This document shows positions 52,789-60,399 of a stretch of 61,866 nucleotides of DNA, one piece after another; the first letter of the stretch is position 1, and every line of letters starts with the position of its first letter. A program made the translations under genes and the position numbers. This DNA comes from a virus, in the IMG/VR virus record IMGVR_UViG_3300050120_000077, positions 1 to 61,866 of that record. One strand, written 5' to 3'. The notes under the pieces were generated by a model, which was given only the letters and a program-made list of their open reading frames with translations, searched no databases and was not told the origin of the DNA.

Positions 52789-53039
52789 GCCGCTACCAGG
52801 GCGAGCGTCGCCAACTCGACGATGATCTTGCGATTGCGGAATCGTTCGGCCGCGTGCCGCGTATCGAAGCGCCAGAACGGCATGCTTTCCCCATCCGCCG
52901 CTGATGGAATGTTCGTGACACCGCCGTCCGGCATGCAAAACACGAAAAACTCACCGCGATGGTCGATGAGTCTCCAATTTTTGATTGCGTTCGTAAGCTC
53001 GTCGGCGGTCTGGACGATCTGCGCGTGGGTCAACTTCAC
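52785..53039 (-). CDS. hypothetical protein (84 aa)
   Basis: GTG 53039 overlaps the upstream stop (GTGA). Confidence 0.5.
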   Translation of the reverse strand: MKLTHAQIVQTADELTNAIKNWRLIDHRGEFFVFCMPDGGVTNIPSAADGESMPFWRFDTRHAAERFRNRKIIVELATLALVAA

Positions 53040-54007
53040 GATACGGGCTCCTTCGATGGTGCGGCCACAAGGCCGGTTTGGGGATTGATGTTGTGCTTGG
53101 TGAGGAAGATGTTCGGGCACTTGCAGCCGGGCTGGCCGGGCTCGGGGCCAAGCGATTTGTAGGACCATGAGCTGCCGCCCTTCGCCCACAGCTTGCAGGC
53201 GCGATCCCAATTCTCGGGCGTTGGTTGGTTGTTCACTTCGACGCGCGGCGCTATCAGCTTCGGCTTAGCTGCCTCGCGCTCCTTCCAGCGTGCGCACCAC
53301 ATCTGCCACGTCGCAGACCAGTTCTTCGAGAACGTGCCGTGCTGGGCGTTGTAGGCGTGGAAGGTCAGCACCTCGGCGCGCAGGTCGTCGTCGTTCATGC
53401 CGTAGACCGATGCCGTGGCCTGATCGGTAGCCTCGGGGATCCAGCTCTCGGGCAAGGTGGTGCCCAACGGGTTGAAACTTACTTCCTTCGAAACCTCGAT
53501 AGCCTTCGGAGGGTCGTCGTCGTGCTTCGGCGCCTCGCGCGTAACAACTCTCTCGTTAGAGAGAGTTGTTTGTAGATGTAGTTGTAGATGTGTTGGCTCG
53601 GGGCTCACTGGCTTGGCGCGCGGCGCACGCTTCGGGGGCGCGTCCGGTTTGCTTGGGGCTTGCTCGGAGCTGCGCTTATTAGCCTTAGCGAGCGCAGCGT
53701 GGCGGGCGCGGTCGCTGCTCTTGGTGTGCTTCTCGTGGCGCTCGGCGATCTCGGCTTCGATGCGGTCATGCCGCCATACATCGCCATCGGCTTTGAAGAA
53801 CGGCTCCAGCGCCACGCGGGCTATCAGCCATCGATCGAGAGGCAATCTGGCGGTCCCAGCCAGCGCGCGATCGTAGCCCGGTAAGGGCTTCTCGGTGCGG
53901 TAGTAGGTCAGCATCAGCAGGAGGTACGCACCATGCTCCTCGGTGGTGAGATGCATCGTGTTGCCGAGATAGTCGTCGGTGTAGAAAGAGAACCATGGGA
54001 GGCTCAT
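53036..54007 (-). CDS. DUF1376 (YdaU-like) replication-associated protein (323 aa)
   Basis: MSLPWFSFYTDDYLGNTMHLTTEEHGAYLLLMLTYYRTEKPLP matches the DUF1376 N-terminal signature as I recall it. Confidence 0.65.
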   Translation of the reverse strand: MSLPWFSFYTDDYLGNTMHLTTEEHGAYLLLMLTYYRTEKPLPGYDRALAGTARLPLDRWLIARVALEPFFKADGDVWRHDRIEAEIAERHEKHTKSSDRARHAALAKANKRSSEQAPSKPDAPPKRAPRAKPVSPEPTHLQLHLQTTLSNERVVTREAPKHDDDPPKAIEVSKEVSFNPLGTTLPESWIPEATDQATASVYGMNDDDLRAEVLTFHAYNAQHGTFSKNWSATWQMWCARWKEREAAKPKLIAPRVEVNNQPTPENWDRACKLWAKGGSSWSYKSLGPEPGQPGCKCPNIFLTKHNINPQTGLVAAPSKEPVS

Positions 54008-54351
54008 CGAAAGATACTCCCCATGATGTCGGCCAGCCGTGATGACCAATCCGGAACGTAGTCAGCCCGCAAATCCTCCTGGGGATCAGCCGAATTGCAC
54101 GGCTTGCAGAGCGGCTGGAGATTCCCGATGCAGTCGCAACCGCCGGCGTGCAGGGAAATGATGTGATCTTTGGCGAGCACGGCATCGGCGGCGCCGCATT
54201 TGACGCAACACCCGATCATTGATGAAAGGATATTCCACTCAAGCGCGGTGTGAGTGCCCATCTTGCGAGCGGCAGCCAATCGCACTGCGCGGGTTTCGAC
54301 ATAACGTTGGCGCGTGTCGTACGCTTCCCTCGTCGTCCACATCTGGCGCAT
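54004..54351 (-). CDS. HNH endonuclease (115 aa)
   Basis: CVKCGA...DHIISLHAGGCDCIGNLQPLCKPCN. Confidence 0.75.
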   Translation of the reverse strand: MRQMWTTREAYDTRQRYVETRAVRLAAARKMGTHTALEWNILSSMIGCCVKCGAADAVLAKDHIISLHAGGCDCIGNLQPLCKPCNSADPQEDLRADYVPDWSSRLADIMGSIFR

Positions 54352-54354
54352 CTA

Positions 54355-54735
54355 TCAGCCCTTCACGATCTGGAGGAGGTCGGAGAGCGACTGGCGCATC
54401 GCGAGGATCTCGGCAGGCGCGATGGTGCGGCGGCGACCATCTTCCAGAGCGACCTCGGCGGCTTTGATAATGCTCTCCAGCAGCGCGCGGGAGCCGCGCA
54501 GCTTGTTGCCAAGCTCGACCTGTAGGCCGGCGATCTCCAGGCAATCGGCACCACCGCGGCTGGCGATCGGGGCCGACACCACATCGGCGGGGTCGAAGCT
54601 CTTGACGAGTTCGAGCTTGAACCGGACCTGATCGGCCGGGCTCGCGAAGATGATGCGGACCTCGGGAATCTCTTGGCAGTGGGCGGCGCGGGCGATACCG
54701 CGCACGATCAGCATCGCGTCGTCTAAAACGGTCAT
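54355..54735 (-). CDS. hypothetical protein (126 aa)
   Basis: ATG 54735 overlaps the upstream stop (ATGA). Confidence 0.55.
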   Translation of the reverse strand: MTVLDDAMLIVRGIARAAHCQEIPEVRIIFASPADQVRFKLELVKSFDPADVVSAPIASRGGADCLEIAGLQVELGNKLRGSRALLESIIKAAEVALEDGRRRTIAPAEILAMRQSLSDLLQIVKG

Positions 54736-55118
54736 GTGGTTTCCTCGCAAAAGAGATCGGAGACGGCCCGCTGGGCATGCCTGCGGGCCTTGATGCCGGC
54801 GGCGCGCACCGGCGCGTCATATCGGTTGTGGCAGCCCTGGCAGAGGTGCAGCAGGTTCTCGTCCGCGCAGTTCTCGGGCTGGTGATCAAGGTGGGCGACG
54901 GTGAGGACGATCTGCGGTCCTTCGATGTCGTCGATGGGCATGCCGTTCCATTGACCGCAGCGATTGCCAAGTGCAGCCCCATCAAAGGGGACGCCGTGCA
55001 TCCTGCCGCATTGCCCCGTGCATTCGCAGCGGTTGCCGGAGCGCGCACGAATGCGCGGCACCACGACGGTTTTCCAATCGCGGGGGTAGCGGGCTTTGTT
55101 CTCGGGGCGGATGGGCAC
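54732..55118 (-). CDS. HNH endonuclease (about 128 aa)
   Basis: YPRDWKTVVVPRIRARSGNRCECTGQCG...VAHLDHQPENCADENLLHLCQGCHNRYD. GTG 55118 is preceded by GAGG. Confidence 0.7.
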   Translation of the reverse strand: MPIRPENKARYPRDWKTVVVPRIRARSGNRCECTGQCGRMHGVPFDGAALGNRCGQWNGMPIDDIEGPQIVLTVAHLDHQPENCADENLLHLCQGCHNRYDAPVRAAGIKARRHAQRAVSDLFCEETT

Positions 55119-55143
55119 TGGTGACCTCGGTGATGGCGAGGGC

Positions 55144-55165
55144 GGCCGGTGAGGGTTCACCGGCC
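55144..55165. promoter_or_regulatory. 9-bp stem, 4-nt loop hairpin
   Basis: GGCCGGTGA gggt TCACCGGCC, just downstream of the stop at 55184. No U-tract. Confidence 0.35.
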
Positions 55166-55183
55166 GTAGTGTCGCAGCGATGG

Positions 55184-56029
55184 TTAGGAGGCGGTCCCGT
55201 AGACGGTGGTCAGGTGATCGGTGTCGGTCTCGATCCGCTGCACGATCTCTTGGAAGCGGTTCTGACGGACGTTCTCGGGGCGCAGGAGCTTGTACCAAAG
55301 GGTAAGCTGGCCTTCGGAGCCGATGCGACGACGCAGCATCGCGCGGATCTCCACGTTGTCGTCGCCGAAGTAGACCGGGATCGAGAGGCCGATCTGCAAC
55401 GGGAGCGCCACCTTGCCCTTGGTCTGCGCGCCGCTCTCCTTGGTGAACTCCATGTTGTCGACGGAGCCGGCGCGGATGGTCGATCCCCACTTCACGTTGC
55501 GGGTGCCTTCAAGGTCGCGGACGAGTTCGAGCAGGCCGGCGCCATCGGGATCAACCACGTCGGGCGCGTTGTCTTCGAGGAAGCTCACGAAATCGAGCTG
55601 GGACATTTCCTCTTCGTCGTTCTTGATCCACGTCTGCCATTCGATCGAGCGCGGCAGCGTCAGGACGGCGCGATGCTGAACGAGGTCGGCCTTCACATCG
55701 AACTTCGCGTCGGGGTCGGCCTCGTGGTGGTAGTCAATCATGCCGACGATGGTGTCGCGGGTGATGTCGGCGAAGATCACGCTGTCCGGGTTCTTGAAGC
55801 GGTTGAGATAAGCGGTCAGCGACATTTCGTTCTGGAGGCTGACGGTCTGCTTCGTCCACTGCATGCGGGGCGGCGCAACGTCCTGGGCGAGCTGCGGGAC
55901 TTCCTTGGCGATATAGCCGGGCGGGTGAAGGATGAACTCGCGACCGCCGCTCATCGCAACGGTGGACGGCGTGCCGCTCGCCAACACGGCAAGCTCGGCA
56001 ATCTTCGCAGCACTGTTCTCGGTAGTCAT
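55184..56029 (-). CDS. DUF2303 (YfdQ-like) protein (281 aa)
   Basis: AGGAG lies before ATG 56029. Family assigned from memory of overall sequence character only. Confidence 0.45.
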   Translation of the reverse strand: MTTENSAAKIAELAVLASGTPSTVAMSGGREFILHPPGYIAKEVPQLAQDVAPPRMQWTKQTVSLQNEMSLTAYLNRFKNPDSVIFADITRDTIVGMIDYHHEADPDAKFDVKADLVQHRAVLTLPRSIEWQTWIKNDEEEMSQLDFVSFLEDNAPDVVDPDGAGLLELVRDLEGTRNVKWGSTIRAGSVDNMEFTKESGAQTKGKVALPLQIGLSIPVYFGDDNVEIRAMLRRRIGSEGQLTLWYKLLRPENVRQNRFQEIVQRIETDTDHLTTVYGTAS

Positions 56030-56148
56030 GGTGACGATCTCCTGATGTGTGTGAATGTGAATGTTTGAACGCAAAGCTACGCCGTTGACGGAAATGACTT
56101 CCGCGCGATCGATTGTGGTGAGTTACGTCAGTAGGTTAGGCAGCGACG

Positions 56149-56508
56149 TTAGATGTCGTTGCCGGTCGCCCCGTTGAAGCGGCGGGATGCGATGTCGATG
56201 GTCTTGCCGTCGCTGTTGATGGTGCCGTCCAAAGTGAGCTGGCGCGGATCATCGCGGACCAGTTCGCCGTCCTTCGGATAGAAGATGCCCTTGGGAATGG
56301 ACTCGACCGGGATCGAGTTCGTGATGCTGATGTCAACATCCAACTCGGTATCGCCGCCCTTCAACGGAGCGATCGTCATTTTGATGGTGATCGACCCCTT
56401 CTTCCCGGTGGCCTCGACGGCCTCGACTACCTTCCTGAGTGCGGCGTCTGCTGTTCGAGCTGCCGCACCGCCGCGCATAGTGCAAATGACGTCTGTGGTA
56501 TGACCCAT
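56149..56508 (-). CDS. hypothetical protein (119 aa), first gene after a control region
   Basis: ATG 56508 is preceded by AGAGGGAA. The ORF-track start at 56514 is TTG. Confidence 0.55.
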   Translation of the reverse strand: MGHTTDVICTMRGGAAARTADAALRKVVEAVEATGKKGSITIKMTIAPLKGGDTELDVDISITNSIPVESIPKGIFYPKDGELVRDDPRQLTLDGTINSDGKTIDIASRRFNGATGNDI

Positions 56509-56551
56509 CGCCAAGTTCCCTCTGTAGAGACAAAATTAATGATTGACCGAC

Positions 56552-56571
56552 CGAATCATAGCACTGATTCG
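56552..56571 (-). promoter_or_regulatory. palindrome overlapping an extended -10 promoter candidate
   Basis: CGAATCA tagcac TGATTCG. The minus strand reads TGCTATGAT (56563..56555), a TGn-extended -10. Confidence 0.4.
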
Positions 56572-56582
56572 CCGACTTTACG

Positions 56583-56613
56583 CCATGGTGAGGTTCAAAT
56601 ACACTCACCATGG
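56583..56613. promoter_or_regulatory. 10-bp perfect palindrome (terminator hairpin or operator)
   Basis: CCATGGTGAG gttcaaataca CTCACCATGG. The plus strand also reads TTCAAA (56594-56599), 16-nt spacer, TATAAT (56616-56621). Confidence 0.4.
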
Positions 56614-56621
56614 GATATAAT

Positions 56622-56828
56622 TTATGGGGGATAAGCGGGACGGTTGTCGTTGACGGGTCGGTACTGGAGGGCGCCGGATCGATTGCCGTCGCAAAAGATA
56701 TCGAAAACTTCGCGCCACCCCATGATTACCAGCGGGTGCAGACCGGACGCATTGCAGTATTCCCGCATCGCAAAACATCGAGCGTGGAAGAAGTGGCGCT
56801 GCTCGGCGGCGAATGACGGGGTGTTCAC
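56622..56828 (-). CDS. hypothetical Cys-containing protein (68 aa)
   Basis: GTG 56828 overlaps the upstream stop (GTGA). My hand count over 56641-56815 gives codon-position GC of about 62/44/72 percent for this frame. Confidence 0.5.
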   Translation of the reverse strand: MNTPSFAAEQRHFFHARCFAMREYCNASGLHPLVIMGWREVFDIFCDGNRSGALQYRPVNDNRPAYPP

Positions 56829-57091
56829 GGCTTGCCGGCCTTGCCGCAGTAGCCGACACGCTCGGTTGGACCGGTGCCATGTTCGGTGGCGTCTCCAAAG
56901 AGGCGAGCCTCCTTGTCGCGCCAGCCACGCCAGCGCCACGCCATGCAGGCGGCGCCGATGCAGTGCGATGGTGACGAATAGGCGGCGCGCGCCATCGGCA
57001 TTGCCATAGCCGACTGCATGCTCGACACGAACCCATCGCCGAAGCTCTCCTGGCACCGCTTGGTCTTGGCTTCTTCCTCGGTGACGATCAT
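56825..57091 (-). CDS. hypothetical Cys-rich protein (88 aa)
   Basis: MIVTEEEAKTKRCQESFG...HCIGAACMAWRW. ATGA overlap upstream. Confidence 0.55.
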   Translation of the reverse strand: MIVTEEEAKTKRCQESFGDGFVSSMQSAMAMPMARAAYSSPSHCIGAACMAWRWRGWRDKEARLFGDATEHGTGPTERVGYCGKAGKP

Positions 57092-57201
57092 CGGATGCTC
57101 TCCACGATGATGTGGCTCGCGCTCATGTCCGGATAAGCGAGCAGGTACCAGACGATGAGGATGACGGCGATGACGACGGTAGATGTGATGGCGCGGCTCA
57201 C
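57088..57201 (-). CDS. single-pass membrane mini-protein (37 aa, VSRAITSTVVIAVILIVWYLLAYPDMSASHIIVESIR)
   Basis: GTGA overlap upstream and ATGA overlap downstream. Confidence 0.45.
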   Translation of the reverse strand: MSRAITSTVVIAVILIVWYLLAYPDMSASHIIVESIR

Positions 57202-57818
57202 AGGCCTTCTCCTTCGGTGATGTCGGGGATATGGATGCAGGCGAGGCGGTGCGAGGAGCACTCGTCGGCATCGGCGAGGGCTTTGGTGCCGTAGACCTTG
57301 CCGAGCGGCAGGCCATAGTTCTCGTGCTCGTCGTACACGTTCACCCATCCACCCTTGATGGTGCGCTTGGCCTCGGCGCTCGTGTTGAGCGGTTCGGGGA
57401 ACGTGTACCGCCGCAGGAAGCCCTCGACGATCTTGAGGCGATCATGGAGAGCGTTGATCGCTTCCTCGACGGGCGTGGCCGGCCGGTCGGTTGGTGTCAG
57501 GCCCAGCGCCGCCGGCATCTGACACTCAAGCGCAGAGACCCGGGATTCCATCGTCGGCTCGGGCCGAGCGTTCATCATCTTGTTGATGTCAGCCTGGGCG
57601 CCGTGGCCGTCTTCGATGGCTCCGGGCATGAGGTCGTGCTCGTGGTCGCCATCAGCGTAAGCTCGATAGCGGCCTTGGGCTGTCCACCATTGGTTTCCGG
57701 TGAGCCGGTCGAACATGCCGCCGAGCGGATAGTTGCTGCGCTCTTTAATCTCGCGGATCTTCACGAACCATCCCTGGCGCGTGCGATATGTCTTGCCGGC
57801 TTCGAACGTCATCGTCAC
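57198..57818 (-). CDS. hypothetical protein (206 aa)
   Basis: GTG start overlaps the upstream stop. Good third-position GC. Confidence 0.6.
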   Translation of the reverse strand: MTMTFEAGKTYRTRQGWFVKIREIKERSNYPLGGMFDRLTGNQWWTAQGRYRAYADGDHEHDLMPGAIEDGHGAQADINKMMNARPEPTMESRVSALECQMPAALGLTPTDRPATPVEEAINALHDRLKIVEGFLRRYTFPEPLNTSAEAKRTIKGGWVNVYDEHENYGLPLGKVYGTKALADADECSSHRLACIHIPDITEGEGL

Positions 57819-57970
57819 ATCCCTATGGTTTCAAAGATCCAGACTTGATTATCTAAGTCTCGCGGCGGGATCGTCGCAAGCAGCCTGCCCAGGCGCGTAG
57901 TGAGCGGGACGACGACTGCGTAAGAAGGCCAATCAGTCCAGCCGGGCTTGCGCACCATGCAGACGATCAT
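57815..57970 (-). CDS. hypothetical protein (51 aa)
   Basis: ATGA overlap upstream and GTGA overlap downstream. Below the ORF-track cut-off. Confidence 0.4.
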   Translation of the reverse strand: MIVCMVRKPGWTDWPSYAVVVPLTTRLGRLLATIPPRDLDNQVWIFETIGM

Positions 57971-58158
57971 GAGCGATCCACCTTTGCCGTGATGGTCCTA
58001 CGCTTGCTGTCGCTCGGCGAGCACACGATGCACACGTCCTGGGTGGGCTCGGGATCATGGTCTCCGACGACAACCATACGTCGATAGGTGCTATTGTTGT
58101 CGGTCACGTCGCATGTCTGGCGCTGTCCGTTCGCTCGTTGGCCGCTCCGCAGGGTCAT
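57967..58158 (-). CDS. hypothetical protein (63 aa)
   Basis: ATGA overlap upstream. Confidence 0.5.
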   Translation of the reverse strand: MTLRSGQRANGQRQTCDVTDNNSTYRRMVVVGDHDPEPTQDVCIVCSPSDSKRRTITAKVDRS

Positions 58159-58433
58159 GACAGTTTCCCTTCCGGTCGCCCAGCGACGACGGTGCTGTAA
58201 TCTTGAAACCAGATCGGGAGCGGATCTGATGCGGGATCAGCGGCGACATGGGCATGCGTGTCGCATTTGGTGATCCCGGCGGCAGCCCAGGCGGTGTGCA
58301 TGCGGTGGAGAGCGCGCCCGGTGTGGGCGCCATCGGCGTAGGGATCGAGCATTTCCCAATCATCAGCGAGGCGAGTTGCGATGTCGCAGGCGATCGCGGC
58401 CGATTCCTGATCGGTGAACAGGCCGCAGCCCAT
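58155..58433 (-). CDS. hypothetical protein (92 aa)
   Basis: Third-position GC is about 78 percent in this frame over 58365-58431, versus about 50 percent for the overlapping frame. Confidence 0.5.
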   Translation of the reverse strand: MGCGLFTDQESAAIACDIATRLADDWEMLDPYADGAHTGRALHRMHTAWAAAGITKCDTHAHVAADPASDPLPIWFQDYSTVVAGRPEGKLS

Positions 58434-58824
58434 GCCAGAAGGGCAGGTGCGTGATGGTGTGCAGCGTGTCGAAGGTGCGGGGCCCGCAGATGAAGAAGTC
58501 CATCTTGCAGATGCCCCACGGTCCACGGACGATGCCGAACACGCACGCCATCTCGCTCGATGGCGACTTCACAGCGTAGCGGGCGAAGCTCCAGCCGCGG
58601 CGGAAGGTCTCGCGCTGCATGAAGCTCCAGCTCGCCCAATCGAGCGCAGGCGGCTCGCGCTCGGGTGCCAGCGGGTGCTGTGGCTGCGGTTTGCAGTCGC
58701 CTCGACAATGCGGATAGACGCACGCATCGAGCGGGATCGGCATCCCAGGGTCATCGGTACGCAATACTGGTTCAACCGATGCCTTGGAGGGACGAAAGCG
58801 GGAGAGGAAGGCGGGGATTCTCAT
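58363..58824 (-). CDS. hypothetical Cys/Trp-rich protein (153 aa)
   Basis: ATG 58824 overlaps the upstream stop (ATGA). The last 71 nt overlap the next gene. Confidence 0.5.
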   Translation of the reverse strand: MRIPAFLSRFRPSKASVEPVLRTDDPGMPIPLDACVYPHCRGDCKPQPQHPLAPEREPPALDWASWSFMQRETFRRGWSFARYAVKSPSSEMACVFGIVRGPWGICKMDFFICGPRTFDTLHTITHLPFWHGLRPVHRSGIGRDRLRHRNSPR

Positions 58825-59078
58825 GGTGCAGCGGTCCCACTTTTGATGTAGCTCTCGATTGCACGAACGCCGTGCGCTGCCGCCTCGATGTCGCGGGCGG
58901 CTTTCTCCCAACCGGGAAACACACAGGTGGTCTTTCTGAATGGCGGCCAGATAGCGCGCGTCGTGAAGGTGCCCTCGGCCCTGATCCTGGCTGCGCTGGT
59001 TTCCCAGTTCGTCGCCAACTCGTCGCATATGCGAGCGCACCGATCGCGCTCGGCTTGGACTTCCGGTGCGATGCTCAT
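58821..59078 (-). CDS. hypothetical protein (85 aa)
   Basis: ATG 59078 overlaps the upstream stop (ATGA). Confidence 0.5.
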   Translation of the reverse strand: MSIAPEVQAERDRCARICDELATNWETSAARIRAEGTFTTRAIWPPFRKTTCVFPGWEKAARDIEAAAHGVRAIESYIKSGTAAP

Positions 59079-59431
59079 GGCTTGCTCCGGGCATGCTCGG
59101 AGTAGAACTTGAGCAGCGGCCGGATGGCTTCCCAATTCTCACCGCACCGCGCCTCGATCGCAGCGTCTGTATCAGCGCGCAGGCGATCATACCCAGCCAT
59201 CAGATCATCGTAGAGGGATTGCAGTCGGTCGGCCCGCTCCAGCGCGTCAGCGGCCTCGCCGGCGAGCTTCGAGAGCGGCTCGGCCCAATCGCTCAGCTCG
59301 TAGCCGGTGGCGGCTCCTGGCTGCCGCAGACACTCGGGCATCGGTTCGCCGAGCTTCGCTGATTCAATCTGACGCAGCTTCTGAATCAACGACACGCGTG
59401 CGTCCTCGCCCACTTGTGATGGGTTCTTCAT
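59075..59431 (-). CDS. hypothetical helical protein (118 aa), first gene after a promoter region
   Basis: GGAG lies upstream of ATG 59431. Confidence 0.55.
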   Translation of the reverse strand: MKNPSQVGEDARVSLIQKLRQIESAKLGEPMPECLRQPGAATGYELSDWAEPLSKLAGEAADALERADRLQSLYDDLMAGYDRLRADTDAAIEARCGENWEAIRPLLKFYSEHARSKP

Positions 59432-59484
59432 GCTTTTGCTCCGTGATGGGAGATGTGGAGAGACCGGAACCGCCGGTGGTCCAA

Positions 59485-59523
59485 AATATCCGCTTCATGA
59501 CTCATCGCGTCAAATGAATTTGA
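59485..59523 (-). promoter_or_regulatory. sigma70-like promoter with a palindrome over the -35
   Basis: Minus strand: TTGACG (59513..59508), 17-nt spacer, GATATT (59490..59485). The palindrome TCAAAT ga ATTTGA (59510..59523) overlaps the -35. Confidence 0.5.
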
Positions 59524-59597
59524 GTCGGGCGGCGGACATGTACACACCCGACCTTGGTCTATCCGGGGTTGTCCGGCGTGTTTCAAATTGGGTCGCA

Positions 59598-60125
59598 TTA
59601 CTTCGGCTCCTCTGATCGCTCGACCTCGATGAAGTGCGTGAAGCTGAACCGTCCATTAGCTTTCGGCTCACATTGCTGAAGGAGCCACGGGACAAGGATC
59701 GTTGCCCAATCGGTGTAGGCGATCCAGCCACCTGAGTTCATGGCGTTGATGTCGAAGATGCCGGCGGTGCGATGCACTTGATCGAGCATCGAGGCGTGGA
59801 GCGGGTTTTTGATCCCGATCCAGTGGGTATGACGGTAGGCAACGCGCGGTGGGACGCCGGGCGCGGTCCATGGCCCTTCCCATTGCACCCGGATCAGGCC
59901 GTGGGTGGGGACGCCGGCGACGGTCCACCAATTGGCGCCGCTGCGCTTCAAGCACTCGAACATCAGCGTCGGGTTCGTGTAGCGTTTCTTCTCGAATTCG
60001 CCCATCAGCGGGCGGATTTCGTCTAGGGTGCGACCGGTGACCGCGGCAAGGGCGCTGGGACCGCAGTTGCAGCCCCATTCATCGCTGGCCCGCTCGGCGT
60101 CGGCGAGGGTGAAGCGCAGGCTCAC
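59598..60125 (-). CDS. papain-like (C39-like) cysteine peptidase candidate (175 aa)
   Basis: Ordered Cys, His, Asp: DEWGCNCGPSALAAV, YRHTHWIGI, GIFDINAMN. GTG 60125 overlaps the upstream stop. Confidence 0.4.
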   Translation of the reverse strand: MSLRFTLADAERASDEWGCNCGPSALAAVTGRTLDEIRPLMGEFEKKRYTNPTLMFECLKRSGANWWTVAGVPTHGLIRVQWEGPWTAPGVPPRVAYRHTHWIGIKNPLHASMLDQVHRTAGIFDINAMNSGGWIAYTDWATILVPWLLQQCEPKANGRFSFTHFIEVERSEEPK

Positions 60126-60217
60126 GGGCGTCTCCTCCGGTGCTGGATCTCGCAATAGGCGATCACCGGGGTGCAGAGCAGCAGCACGGCGATGACGGGG
60201 TAGAGCTCGATGCTCAT
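60122..60217 (-). CDS. single-pass membrane mini-protein (31 aa, MSIELYPVIAVLLLCTPVIAYCEIQHRRRRP)
   Basis: ATGA overlap upstream and GTGA overlap downstream. Confidence 0.45.
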   Translation of the reverse strand: MSIELYPVIAVLLLCTPVIAYCEIQHRRRRP

Positions 60218-60399
60218 CGGACACCGGCATGCTTGGGGCAGCCGTGTATCCAGTCGTTGCCAACCTGATGCGCCATCCAGCCCTCGCGATCGAGGCAGGC
60301 CTTGGCCGCGGTCCACTCGCTGGGCGAGGCGTCTGTTTCGAGCACTGCGTCACAGCTATCGCACTCGAACACGAGCTTGCCACCTTGAACGTCCTTCAC
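60214..60399 (-). CDS. small Cys/His protein (61 aa)
   Basis: ECDSCD...HGCPKH. Confidence 0.5.
   Translation of the reverse strand: MKDVQGGKLVFECDSCDAVLETDASPSEWTAAKACLDREGWMAHQVGNDWIHGCPKHAGVR

Noticed and set aside
56610-56816. Plus-strand 68-aa ORF that would be an isolated moron-like gene.
   Set aside because: Codon-position GC and the GTGA coupling favour the minus-strand gene 56622..56828. The ATG at 56610 also lies upstream of the only plausible plus-strand promoter -10.
58091-58723. 210-aa minus-strand ORF with a TGATG junction at 58363.
   Set aside because: The product is Pro/Arg/Ser-rich and featureless. The competing frame (58155..58433) has much higher third-position GC and is chained by ATGA to the next gene.
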